A stretch of DNA of 57,526 nt. It comes from an uncultured Candidatus Bathyarchaeia archaeon. GTDB taxonomy: Archaea > Thermoproteota > Bathyarchaeia > Bathyarchaeales > Bathyarchaeaceae. The notes beneath the pieces were generated by a model, which had not been told where the DNA came from, ran no database searches, and worked only from the letters and a program-made list of their open reading frames with translations. The translations under genes were made by a program, and so were the position numbers. The DNA is taken from NCBI GenBank assembly GCA_964347825.1, contig CAYFZQ010000002.1, positions 1-57,526 of the forward strand, written 5' to 3'. This document shows positions 46,162 through 54,913 of this stretch, piece by piece; position 1 is the first letter of the stretch, and each line of letters starts with the position of its first letter.

Positions 46162-47076
46162 CTAACCCGTCGCGACTGTCTCATGTAGAGGGTTTTTCGC
46201 GACAAAGTTTTCAAGTCTTCCGATCTTTTCGATCTCCATGGTGATTCTGTCACCCGGTTTCAGAAACTTCGGTTCAGGCTTCATGAAAAATCCGACTCCG
46301 GACGGTGTACCTGTTGCAATTATGTCGCCGGCTTCCAATGTCATGGCCCGGCTCAGGTGGTGGACGACCTCGTAGACGTCAAAAACCATGTTTCTTGTGG
46401 AGGAATCTTGTCTTAGCTCGCCGTTTATCCACGTTCTCATTTTCAAGTTGCGAGGATCTGGGATCTGGTTGGTGGTGGTGATGCAGGGGCCTATTGGAGC
46501 AAAGGTGTCGAAGCTCTTGCCGCGCGTCCACTGTCTGTCTTTGAATTGGATGTCCCTAGCCGAAACGTCGTTCAGAATTGTGTAGCCGAAAATGTGCTGC
46601 TTTGCCGCGTCCACAGGTATGGATTTGGCGCGCTTCCCGATCACAATCGCCAGTTCGACCTCATAGTCCAGTTTACTCACAAAATCAGGCTTGACGATCG
46701 GCTCGTTCGGACCGACTATGGCGGTACGGGGCTTCATGAAGATAATGGGCTCATCTGGAATGGCGGCGTGCGCCTCGGCTGCATGATCGTGGAAGTTCAG
46801 TCCTAGACAGATGATTTTCGTAGGATTCATAATAGGGGTGAGAATCTGAACCTCTTCGATTCTGTGGGTTGCTGCTTTCTTCAGGTTTTCACTCACGTTT
46901 TTGAGGCAATCTTCAACTCTGTCTAATGGTTCTGGAACGCGCGCGACAAGTTCTTCAAGGCGATTTGGGATTCCGCATTGCATAGAATGAGAAAGGTTCG
47001 TCAAAGAAATGATCTGAGCGTGTTTGAGGACGCCGTAGTGTTCCTTCGCACCGACTCGGAAGCGGAGCAATCTCAT
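46162..47076 (-). CDS. fumarylacetoacetate hydrolase (FAH)-family protein
   Basis: KIICLGLNFHDHAAE, YEVELAIVIGK, NDVSARD and GTPSGVG motifs. Confidence 0.85.
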   Translation of the reverse strand: MRLLRFRVGAKEHYGVLKHAQIISLTNLSHSMQCGIPNRLEELVARVPEPLDRVEDCLKNVSENLKKAATHRIEEVQILTPIMNPTKIICLGLNFHDHAAEAHAAIPDEPIIFMKPRTAIVGPNEPIVKPDFVSKLDYEVELAIVIGKRAKSIPVDAAKQHIFGYTILNDVSARDIQFKDRQWTRGKSFDTFAPIGPCITTTNQIPDPRNLKMRTWINGELRQDSSTRNMVFDVYEVVHHLSRAMTLEAGDIIATGTPSGVGFFMKPEPKFLKPGDRITMEIEKIGRLENFVAKNPLHETVATG

Positions 47077-47161
47077 CTATCACACCTCACAGGCGTTCTA
47101 CGTGGAGTGACAGAAAGTAAGTTAAGCTTTCTCACTAATCTACATGGAGAGGTGATCTATC

Positions 47162-47374
47162 GTGACATGCTATTTCAGGCATATTCTACACCTATTCGAG
47201 AAAGCGGGAATAGAGGTTACCAAGGAGACCAGACAAGAGATTGACAAGATGATTCACAACATTGTCGGTGTTGAGTACAAGAATTGTCCGGCTACTTGGA
47301 GAAAAGTGAAGCAGAGAATAACAGAGGATGAAAACACTTTTGTTTCAGACCTGAAGCAAGCCGTGACCAAATAG
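47162..47374 (+). CDS. small conserved-looking protein, unknown function
   Basis: 70 aa with SD ggagagg about 8 nt before GTG 47162. The composition is non-repetitive (CYFRHILHLFEKAGIEVTKETRQEIDKMIHNIVGVEYKNCPATW). Confidence 0.45.
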   Translation: MTCYFRHILHLFEKAGIEVTKETRQEIDKMIHNIVGVEYKNCPATWRKVKQRITEDENTFVSDLKQAVTK

Positions 47375-47468
47375 CCGGTGGGCTAGCGAAATCACCTTTT
47401 CTGAATGCGCACGCGTAGTGGTCAAGCTAAATATACCGCAAGGAGTCATAAAGGAAGTGGTGGCGAAA

Positions 47469-48116
47469 ATGGTTGTTTCCATACGATGGCTTGGTCACGC
47501 CAGTTTTCAATTCGAAAGCCAAGGTAAGATCATATATATCGACTTGGTGGAGTCCAGCAAGCCAGACAAGAAAGCAGATCTGATATTGGTCACGCATTCC
47601 CACACCGACCACTGTGATCCGGTCAAGATCCAAGAAACTCGCATGAAGGACACTGTAGTAATCGCTCCCGAAGACTGTGTTTCGAAAATCGGTGGAAGTG
47701 TTAAATCCCTCAAGCCGGGAGAGGAGATAACGGTTGACGGCATACATGTGAAGGCTGTCAAGGCATACAATTACAGGCGTTTTAGATCCCCTGGACAACC
47801 CTATCATCCCCAGGGTTTAGGCGTCGGCTACTTGATCTCGGTTCAAGGCAAGACGATTTATCACGCGGGAGATACCGACTTCATTCCCCAAATGCGCGAG
47901 CTGGGACCAGTGAATGTGGCCTTGCTTCCAAGCGGAGGCACGTACACGATGGACAACACCGAAGCTGCCTCAGCCGCACTGGCTATCAACCCGGAAGTTG
48001 TAATCCCGATGCACCGATGGGACACCGCCCCTGAAGGGTTCAAAAAGAAGGTCGAAGCCGATTCGAACATCAAAGTTGTAATGCTAAAAGAAGCAGAAGC
48101 TTATGAAGTGGCTTAG
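47469..48116 (+). CDS. MBL-fold metallo-hydrolase (UPF0173-like)
   Basis: Trimmed to ATG 47469 (MVVSIRWLGHASF). Contains THSHTDHCD and a later HAGDTDF. Confidence 0.8.
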   Translation: MVVSIRWLGHASFQFESQGKIIYIDLVESSKPDKKADLILVTHSHTDHCDPVKIQETRMKDTVVIAPEDCVSKIGGSVKSLKPGEEITVDGIHVKAVKAYNYRRFRSPGQPYHPQGLGVGYLISVQGKTIYHAGDTDFIPQMRELGPVNVALLPSGGTYTMDNTEAASAALAINPEVVIPMHRWDTAPEGFKKKVEADSNIKVVMLKEAEAYEVA

Positions 48117-48306
48117 ATACTAGCCAAAGCACATCGGAGCAATCACGCTCAGTAGCATTAACGTCCTGCAGTCTCCGAACGACTTCTCCATTAAGTAGTT
48201 GTCTTCAGAATGAAAAAGCTATGTCTGCCGCAATTGAATGTGCCATTTACAACTGCTGCGCCCGTCAGGCCTAGATACCTATAAGACAGAAAGTGCGAGG
48301 CAATTT

Positions 48307-48885
48307 ATGCGAACGCCCATGGAAGAGGATCTGAGGATAAGAACCAGCAAATACATGAGCTATCTTCTCAGACATAATCCTGAAAACTTGAAGATGAACA
48401 GGCACGGTTTTGTTGATATCAACGAGCTTCTGAAGAAACTTCGAAAGCGCTTCCCAGTCGACAAAGAGCTCCTCCTTAACATAGCTGCAGAAAGCGAAAG
48501 AAAGCGTTTTGAGATCGTGGGAGGCGAGATTAGAGCATTATACGGTCATACAATTCCTGTAGAGCTCGAATTCGAAGATGACGAAGACATTAAGGTGCTT
48601 TATCATGGAACCACTCCGGAAGTGGCTTCTGAAATTCTTGATGTCGGTCTTAAGTCGATGAAGAGACAGTGGGTTCACCTATCTCCGACCATCGAATTGG
48701 CGATTAAAGTGGGAATGAGGAGAACCCGAAATCCAATTGTCTTGGAGGTAAATGCTGACGCAGCCAGAAAGGATGGTATGCGATTCTACAAAGCGACTGA
48801 CAAAGTCTACGTGTGCAACGCCGTGCCCCCTCGCTACCTAAAAAAGGTCACATCGACAAATCGCTCGCCTAAGCGTTCCAGTTAG
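48307..48885 (+). CDS. kptA: RNA 2'-phosphotransferase (Tpt1/KptA family)
   Basis: SKYMSYLLRHNPENL, HGFVDINELL, LYGHT, LYHGT and WVHLS motifs. Trimmed to ATG 48307. Confidence 0.8.
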   Translation: MRTPMEEDLRIRTSKYMSYLLRHNPENLKMNRHGFVDINELLKKLRKRFPVDKELLLNIAAESERKRFEIVGGEIRALYGHTIPVELEFEDDEDIKVLYHGTTPEVASEILDVGLKSMKRQWVHLSPTIELAIKVGMRRTRNPIVLEVNADAARKDGMRFYKATDKVYVCNAVPPRYLKKVTSTNRSPKRSS

Positions 48886-48939
48886 GCTTGGAAGCACGTT
48901 AACTTCTTTAGCAACGGCAGCGAGTCTTTCACGATCCAG

Positions 48940-49902
48940 ATGTTCAAAGAAGTGGAAGCCGCCTATACGCGCCTAAGAGACATCGCCACTGCTACTCCCG
49001 TCATGACGTCGTCAACCCTCAATCGACTTATGAAATGCGAGGTTTTCCTGAAATGCGAGAATTTTCAGAGAACGGGCTCCTTCAAATTTCGTGGAGCACT
49101 CAACGCCTTGCGACTACTGTCTTCGGAACAGAAGGAGAAAGGAGTGATAACTCATTCTTCTGGAAACCATGCCCAAGCCCTTGCGTTGGCGGGTCGAGTT
49201 CTAGGCGTCAAGGTGACCATTGTCATGCCTACGAACGCTTCCTCAGTCAAAGTAGCTGCAACGCGGAATTATGGCGCTGAAATAGTGTTTTGCGGGCCGC
49301 ACCCGACCGATAGGGAGAAGGCGGTTTTACCACTCATCGAAAGGTTTGGGCATACTCTTGTTCACCCCTCTAACGATCTGGAGATCATCGCGGGCGCTGG
49401 AACTGCTGCTTACGAATTTATCAAGGAAGTGGGTGAACTCGACTACATTTTTTGCCCTGTAGGTGGTGGCGGACTGATAAGTGGCACCGCGATTGCGACC
49501 AAGGACTTGATTCCATCGGCCAAAGTCGTTGGGGTTGAGCCAATCAACGCCGATGACGCCTATCAATCATTGAAGGCAGGAAGAATCATCCCAGCGGGTG
49601 ATCCGAAGACAATCGCAGATGGATTGCGAACTTCTCTTGGAAGCAACACCTTCAAGATCATCCAGCAGAACGTAGACCAGATCATAACCGTTACAGAAGA
49701 AGAGATCGTTGACGCTATGGAGTTCCTTTGGGCAAGAATGAAACTGGTTGTTGAACCGTCTGGGGCAGTTGCGCTTGCTGGGCTATTGTCAAGACAGAGC
49801 GATCTGAGCGATGAAAGGGTTGGAATAATAGTCAGTGGCGGAAACATTGATTTGACCGATTTCTTTGCTAGGATTCGAGAAGGGATAAAACCCTCGAAGT
49901 AG
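48940..49902 (+). CDS. PLP-dependent threonine/serine dehydratase or serine-racemase-like enzyme (fold type II)
   Basis: PLP-lysine motif NFQRTGSFKFRGA, SSGNHAQA and the GGGGLISG phosphate loop. Confidence 0.85.
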   Translation: MFKEVEAAYTRLRDIATATPVMTSSTLNRLMKCEVFLKCENFQRTGSFKFRGALNALRLLSSEQKEKGVITHSSGNHAQALALAGRVLGVKVTIVMPTNASSVKVAATRNYGAEIVFCGPHPTDREKAVLPLIERFGHTLVHPSNDLEIIAGAGTAAYEFIKEVGELDYIFCPVGGGGLISGTAIATKDLIPSAKVVGVEPINADDAYQSLKAGRIIPAGDPKTIADGLRTSLGSNTFKIIQQNVDQIITVTEEEIVDAMEFLWARMKLVVEPSGAVALAGLLSRQSDLSDERVGIIVSGGNIDLTDFFARIREGIKPSK

Positions 49903-50027
49903 GATTCTTGCATGTGTTTGGTTCGCTACGTTTCAAGCGTTCGTAGTTTTCCTGACAACCTAGCAAAGACAAACCACTTAAGTTGTTGAAGTCTAGAAGT
50001 CGCTTGGAGCTTCTCTGGTGACTAGAA

Positions 50028-50531
50028 GTGGCGAAATCATCTGATGTTCGAAAATATGAACTCAGCGACAGAGAGCAGTGCCGCAGTTTGTGGAGGGAAC
50101 TAACGGAATGGCATCGTGAGATCTACGAAGATCCAACTATAGGTGGAGAGCATCCGGAAGACCGTTTTGACGAGCATTTGGCAAAGGTTGGGTCTGAGAG
50201 ACTTTGGGTTGCTACCTACGACTCTCAAGTCGTTGGACTCATTGGGTTGATTGTTGAAGAGGAAGAAGCTGAGATAGAACCAATCATAGTCAGCGAATCC
50301 TATCGTCGCAGAGGATTGGGAGAGAAATTACTGCAGAAAGCGGTCTCTGAAGCCAAGAAGATGGGGATACGATTTCTCTGCGTGAAGCCTGTGTCGCGTA
50401 ACTTCGAAGCAATAAACTTTCTCTATAAGCAAGGGTTCAAAAGCCTCGGGCAAATCGAACTATGTATGGATTTCGTCGACTATGCTTGGAAGCCCGGCCC
50501 TGTGATTCATGCATCCAGGTTTAATCTCTGA
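50028..50531 (+). CDS. GNAT-family N-acetyltransferase
   Basis: Acetyl-CoA motif A: IIVSESYRRRGLGEKLLQKAVSEA. 167 aa. GTG start. Confidence 0.75.
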   Translation: MAKSSDVRKYELSDREQCRSLWRELTEWHREIYEDPTIGGEHPEDRFDEHLAKVGSERLWVATYDSQVVGLIGLIVEEEEAEIEPIIVSESYRRRGLGEKLLQKAVSEAKKMGIRFLCVKPVSRNFEAINFLYKQGFKSLGQIELCMDFVDYAWKPGPVIHASRFNL

Positions 50532-50719
50532 GAATGCCCTCAATGGATTGCGCTCTATAGCGCCCAGCAAGCGCGCCGGAAAAGAGAAGAGTGTAGCAGT
50601 CAATGGTGGTCTCTAAGCAACGTTTAATACTTGTAGTGGTTACTGAAAAGGAGAAGATTATGTGCCACAAATAGGTGTGATTGTTGTTTTGCAGCCAATC
50701 ATCACGTGTCTAGGAGGAT

Positions 50720-50911
50720 ATGCCAACAACGAAAATTGAAACTGGAGACAGGATGAAAATTCCATCAGATGGCAGGTTTCATCCGGAAGCGGGACACTCT
50801 GGCGAAGTCGTGTGGATAAGTGAAGACGGAAAGACTCTAGCGATACAATGTGAAAGGCGCCACAACGGCAAAACAGCTGTTTTCTTGGTGAAAATCGCTT
50901 CCAAGGAATGA
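50720..50911 (+). CDS. small hypothetical protein (63 aa)
   Basis: ATG follows SD aggagga at 3-4 nt. No recognisable motif. Followed by a T6 run. Confidence 0.4.
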   Translation: MPTTKIETGDRMKIPSDGRFHPEAGHSGEVVWISEDGKTLAIQCERRHNGKTAVFLVKIASKE

Positions 50912-50921
50912 GCTATACGAA

Positions 50922-50927
50922 TTTTTT
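50922..50927 (+). terminator. oligo-T run (archaeal intrinsic terminator candidate)
   Basis: tttttt lies 11 nt after the stop of 50720..50911 and just before the GC motif at 50930. Confidence 0.3.
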
Positions 50928-50929
50928 GA

Positions 50930-50941
50930 GCGCGCGCGCAT
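50930..50941 (+). repeat. GCGCGCGCGCAT motif copy 1
   Basis: Read directly. 18 nt downstream of the TGA at 50909..50911, preceded by acgaatt. Confidence 0.6.
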
Positions 50942-50981
50942 GAAGCGATTGTGGGCGCGTCAGTTTCGTTGTCCACGTGCG

Positions 50982-51395
50982 CTAAGTAAGCAACAGAACA
51001 CCTATGAAGATGAGGAGCCCTGCCGCTGCAGTTTTTAGCGTTACCTTTTCGCCAAGAAAAAGCGCGGAGAGGACTAACACGAACAGGACACTTGCTCTGT
51101 CTAGTGGCGCCACTTTGGAAGCGTCAGCGAGTTTCAAAGCGGCGAAGTAGAAGAGCCAGGATAAAGCCCCGGCAACACCTGAAAGCATCACGAACCCCAT
51201 GTCTTTGCTGGTGAGCTGTGTCAGTTGATGACCCTTTCCGAGGGATATGGCGAGAATGACTACGATCACCATCATCACGATTGCTCGGACGGCAGTTGCT
51301 ACAGTTGAATCGACGCCCTGCAGACCGATCTTGGCAAAAATCGCGACAAGCGCCGCAAAGACGGCTGACAGTAGAGCCAGAACAAACCATTCCAT
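50982..51395 (-). CDS. EamA-like single-domain small membrane transporter
   Basis: 137 aa with 4-5 TM spans. The N-terminus MEWFVLALLSAVFAALVAIFAKIGL is typical of half-size EamA/DMT proteins. Confidence 0.65.
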   Translation of the reverse strand: MEWFVLALLSAVFAALVAIFAKIGLQGVDSTVATAVRAIVMMVIVVILAISLGKGHQLTQLTSKDMGFVMLSGVAGALSWLFYFAALKLADASKVAPLDRASVLFVLVLSALFLGEKVTLKTAAAGLLIFIGVLLLT

Positions 51396-51567
51396 ATCAA
51401 ATCACCTGTAATCTCAAATGTAAGTCAGATCTAGTCTATTATCTTTAGCGTGGACTCAGACGCCCTGCGGCCAACTTGAAATGATCGTAACGAAAGAGCA
51501 GTTGGCATCAAACGGTTTATATCACTTCAACCTCTTTTCGCTGGTTATTGAGATTGAGGAGTGTCCA

Positions 51568-52061
51568 ATGAACTCTGGATCATTTGACAATGTCAAGAAC
51601 CAGATCGGGTTTTGCGGAATCTGGTGTGGCAGCTGTGTGTAGGTAATGGCACCTTACAGACACTAACGGAGAAGTATGAAGAGATCGTCACAAATTACGG
51701 TCTGGAAGAGTGGGCCCCGAAAGACTTCGATTTCAAGGAATTCAAGAAAGGGCTCACGTCAATACAAGCGATATCCCCCTGTCAAGGATGTTTGAAGGGT
51801 GATGGGCGGTCCAACTGTGAAATGAGAATCTGTGCCTTGAACAAGGACGTGGCCGACTGTAACGAATGCGGCCAGATGAATGTCTGCAAGAATCATGAAA
51901 CGCTTCAAAAGATGCGAACAGGCGCACTTCGCGCAGGTCTGTTTGTCAAAACGGGGAACGTTGATCGCGAAGAACTTGTCCAGAGATGGATTGGCGAGCT
52001 GAAAAACAAATGGCCGCATCGTCTCTTGTTTTCTTGCGACACGAAAAATGAAAAGGAATGA
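51568..52061 (+). CDS. DUF3795-like Cys-rich protein, interrupted by an apparent frameshift at a TG repeat
   Basis: ATG 51568 (SD gaggag at 6 nt) gives MNSGSFDNVKNQIGFCGIWCGSCV then TAG at 51640. The rest (VGNGTLQTL...SPCQGCLKG...CEMRICA...CNECGQMNVC) lies in the -1 frame, which is the track ORF 51612..52061. Confidence 0.6.
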
Positions 52062-52207
52062 AGCCGAGCGGCCACATGTAGAATGGCTTGGCAGATGAGG
52101 ACACATAAGTATAAATAGGTCACCCTATCAACTGGTAAGACACGCGAGAATTAGAATTCGTGGAGAATGCTAGTTTTTCGTTGAAATGATACGGAGGTGT
52201 AGTTCGA

Positions 52208-52363
52208 GTGTCGTATAGGGAAAGCCGAGAGATGCATAAAGCAGTCTGTGCCGATTGCGGCGAGGAATGTGAAGTTCCTTTTAAGCCGGACCCGGATAGG
52301 CCAGTCTACTGTCGCGAATGTTATCGGAAGCGCAGACCAGCAAGGAGACCTAGAAGGTACTAA
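52208..52363 (+). CDS. small zinc-ribbon protein (CxxC...VPFxP...RPVYCxxC type) with a basic tail
   Basis: Below the track length cut-off. SD ggaggt lies 9 nt before GTG 52208; ATG 52232 is an alternative. The product reads ...MHKAVCADCGEECEVPFKPDPDRPVYCRECYRKRRPARRPRRY. Confidence 0.6.
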   Translation: MSYRESREMHKAVCADCGEECEVPFKPDPDRPVYCRECYRKRRPARRPRRY

Positions 52364-52620
52364 GCGCGTCAAGCGTCTACATCTGCTTTAGGCGCTAAGT
52401 CTCTGTCAAGCTTTTTAGATTATCCATTCTTTCTTAGTTAATGGGCTTGAGTTTTTGTGCGTCAGTGTTACGTATAGTCGTTTGTCAGATTGAAGCGCCG
52501 AGAAGCGACGGGAGCGATGGCCCCGATTCTTATTCACAGTCTTCTTCATATTTCCCTGCGAATTCTGCGTAGGCCTTCTTTGCCATCTGGACGCCGACGT
52601 CTTCTCAATACGCATAGGTT

Positions 52621-53880
52621 CTACAAGGTGATGGTTTCATTTTTCTCTGGAATGTATACGTCAGTCATTCCCGAAATTTTCTTGGAAAGGAGTTGTGCTT
52701 GCTCCATTTCCCCATGGACGAGAAAAGTCCTATCAGGCTCGAGCTTGCTTACGAGTTCAATGAGTTCCTCTTGATCCGCGTGACCGGAAAGCTCGATTTG
52801 CTCTACTTCTGCGTGGACTGGGATTATGTTCCCATTCTCGACGAGTTCGCCCTTTTCTTTGGCGATTTCCAGGGGGCTTTCGGGAGGAAGATACCCGGAA
52901 TTGATGATGACCGCGTTGTCTTCGTTGGCCGCCCATTGATTCAGCAGGTGAAGGCTGGCTCCTGCGTGGCCGAATCCCGAGGTGCAAATGACGATAGCTG
53001 GCTCCTTAATTTGGCTAGTTCGGCGAAGGTGCTTCACGTGGCGGTAGTTGAAGGGGTGTTCTTGTTGTTGGATTTCTTGGGTGAAGAACTGTTTGTGGCT
53101 GTTGAAGTGGCCTGTGATTTGGTGTGCCAACCGGGATATTGTGTAGACATTGTAGTTCGGTAGGACGCCGCGTTCCATGGCTTGGTCGATTCGTTTAGCC
53201 ATCTCTTGAGTGCGGTGGAAGGCGAATGCGGGGATCAGAATGTTCCCTTTTCGCTCAATTGCGTCAAGAATGTGCGTGAAGAGCTGGTCGATTAATCTGC
53301 TTCGGTGAGGTCTCGTTGTGCCTCCGTAAGTTGACTCAACAATCAGCGCATCAGGGTTTTTCGGCAGGTTCTCAGGTGTGCTTCCTTTCAAGATTTCGGT
53401 GTCGTGCAGGCAGAAATCACCAGTGTACAGAATCTGCTTTCCTTCCGCTTGGATGCCGGTCATTTTGGCCCCAGCAACGTGTCCAGCGGAATGCAGTGTG
53501 ATTGACATTCCCGGTAGGGCAACAGAATCGCGGACCCACCAGGAATTTCTGATGTTGTCTGCATCCCGGTTGGTGTAGGGGAAGTGATTTCCATTCATGT
53601 GCTGAATTCGTATCATATCTCGTAGAAGATCTGCCGTGACGTCCCGGGTTATCTGGGATCCAACGATCACGGGATTCCCGTGTGATAGGCTTAGAAGATT
53701 TCCGGAGTGATCTAGGTGCGCGTGGCTGATGATGACGACGTCAAACTCTGTGGGAAAGCCGTTGGAGTTTTTTTCTCCGACTTTGATTCCATAGTCTAAT
53801 GCGACTTTGGCATCGTCCGTTTCGACGCTGATGCACGAGCCACCGACCTCTCGGACTCCTCCAAGGAAATTGATTTTCAT
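52621..53880 (-). CDS. beta-CASP/MBL-family RNase (archaeal CPSF2/RNase J-like, 419 aa)
   Basis: VIISHAHLDHSGNL, the beta-CASP segment (ESTYG...FAFHRTQE) and a C-terminal LSGHAD motif. Confidence 0.85.
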   Translation of the reverse strand: MKINFLGGVREVGGSCISVETDDAKVALDYGIKVGEKNSNGFPTEFDVVIISHAHLDHSGNLLSLSHGNPVIVGSQITRDVTADLLRDMIRIQHMNGNHFPYTNRDADNIRNSWWVRDSVALPGMSITLHSAGHVAGAKMTGIQAEGKQILYTGDFCLHDTEILKGSTPENLPKNPDALIVESTYGGTTRPHRSRLIDQLFTHILDAIERKGNILIPAFAFHRTQEMAKRIDQAMERGVLPNYNVYTISRLAHQITGHFNSHKQFFTQEIQQQEHPFNYRHVKHLRRTSQIKEPAIVICTSGFGHAGASLHLLNQWAANEDNAVIINSGYLPPESPLEIAKEKGELVENGNIIPVHAEVEQIELSGHADQEELIELVSKLEPDRTFLVHGEMEQAQLLSKKISGMTDVYIPEKNETITL

Positions 53881-54123
53881 AGATTTACCTCCTGTGTTTT
53901 AAACGTCAATTCTTCGTGAAAATCGGATGTTTCTATTCGTGTTCCGACTTGAAGACGGTCACAGTTGAAAAAACTGTTTATCGACCTGTACGTTTGTTTC
54001 ATGGCAGCATGAGCCGCTATATTAAGTTATTGGTTGCAGGATCAGTTTCCTACGAGAATCCAGCTATGTGCTCATATAGCATGGAAGGCGTTCTCAGATT
54101 CAGCGCCGCCCGTTTGTGTTCCT

Positions 54124-54516
54124 TCACCGATTCTTGAGCAGGTTTTTGGCTTCATCTTGCCATTTCTTCAACGTTTTCTCTGAATGAGGGATTTTCCCGG
54201 CGAGGAGTTCGATGTCGGCAACGGCCAAGTCCTGGGCATCTAAGATACCTGCGCTCTTCAGTTCTTCTTCGGCGGTTTTTCCGATGCCTTTGATCTCATG
54301 CACGGGGATCGATGTTCTGAAGTATTCTTTGAGAGTTTGAACGTTCTCCACGTGCGCCGTCTTCCTACGCCTGTCGACAGGGATCTTCGTCTTCTCGACC
54401 TCATGAAGGAGTAACCCGGCCTGTCGAATCTCTTCTCGGCTGAAGCCCCGCCCTTCGCGTACCCGGAACTTTCGCGTTGGAGCATGCACAATGGGCTTGA
54501 TGTCTTCTTCCATCAC
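54124..54516 (-). CDS. rpl13e: ribosomal protein eL13 (L13e) core fused to a C-terminal helix-hairpin-helix domain
   Basis: REGRGFSREEIRQAGL...IPVDRRRKTAHVENVQTLKEY matches the eL13 core. The C-terminal part IKGIGKTAEEELKSAGILDAQDLA is HhH-like. Confidence 0.65.
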   Translation of the reverse strand: MMEEDIKPIVHAPTRKFRVREGRGFSREEIRQAGLLLHEVEKTKIPVDRRRKTAHVENVQTLKEYFRTSIPVHEIKGIGKTAEEELKSAGILDAQDLAVADIELLAGKIPHSEKTLKKWQDEAKNLLKNR

Positions 54517-54633
54517 TCACACGACTCTGTTATTAGTCGCTATCGTATTTAATCTATGTGAGGAAAAAGTAAAGAAGCGATCGCTACTGTTTACCTAGCT
54601 GATACTATGTGGTGCTGACGGAGGAAAGTGGCG

Positions 54634-54777
54634 ATGGGTCGGAAAGAACGCTGTCCCCAATGCGGTAGCAAGAAGATACGAGTTAGCGACGAGGGCAAGC
54701 AGTGTCGAGTATGTGGACATCAATGGACAGGGAGAGTCCACCGAAAAGCCTCCAAAAAGGAGAAAGTACGATTCTAG
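54634..54777 (+). CDS. small zinc-ribbon protein (47 aa)
   Basis: Below the track cut-off. SD ggagga lies about 9 nt before ATG 54634. MGRKERCPQCGSKKIRVSDEGKQCRVCGHQWTGRVHRKASKKEKVRF has two CxxC pairs. Confidence 0.5.
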   Translation: MGRKERCPQCGSKKIRVSDEGKQCRVCGHQWTGRVHRKASKKEKVRF

Positions 54778-54791
54778 CTTCACGAATTATC

Positions 54792-54801
54792 GCGCGCGCA
54801 T
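54792..54801 (+). repeat. GCGCGCGCAT motif copy 2
   Basis: 14 nt downstream of the TAG at 54775..54777, preceded by acgaatt and followed by the palindrome atcccatgggat. Confidence 0.6.
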
Positions 54802-54913
54802 CCCATGGGATTCTCAGTCTTGTGCGCTTCAAACTAACGCCCCTTTTGAGTACTCATTCAAACACGCGCAGTTAATAGTTGCTGTCAGAACCCGCGCGCG
54901 AAGGCGTGGATTT

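Noticed and set aside
51640-51642. TAG readthrough (pyrrolysine-type) in the DUF3795-like gene
   Set aside because: Beyond the TAG the same frame closes again after 7 codons (VMAPYRH*). The conserved remainder is in the -1 frame, so a frame change fits and readthrough does not.
52151-52372. 73-aa minus-strand ORF
   Set aside because: It is the shadow of the plus-strand zinc-ribbon ORF, which has an SD and a recognisable CxxC...CxxC motif.
36752-54084. ATATAGCA 8-mer seen three times (36752, 36828, 54077) as a dispersed motif
   Set aside because: An AT-rich 8-mer is expected once or twice by chance in 57 kb counted on both strands. Only the local pair upstream of the RHH gene is retained as a weak finding.
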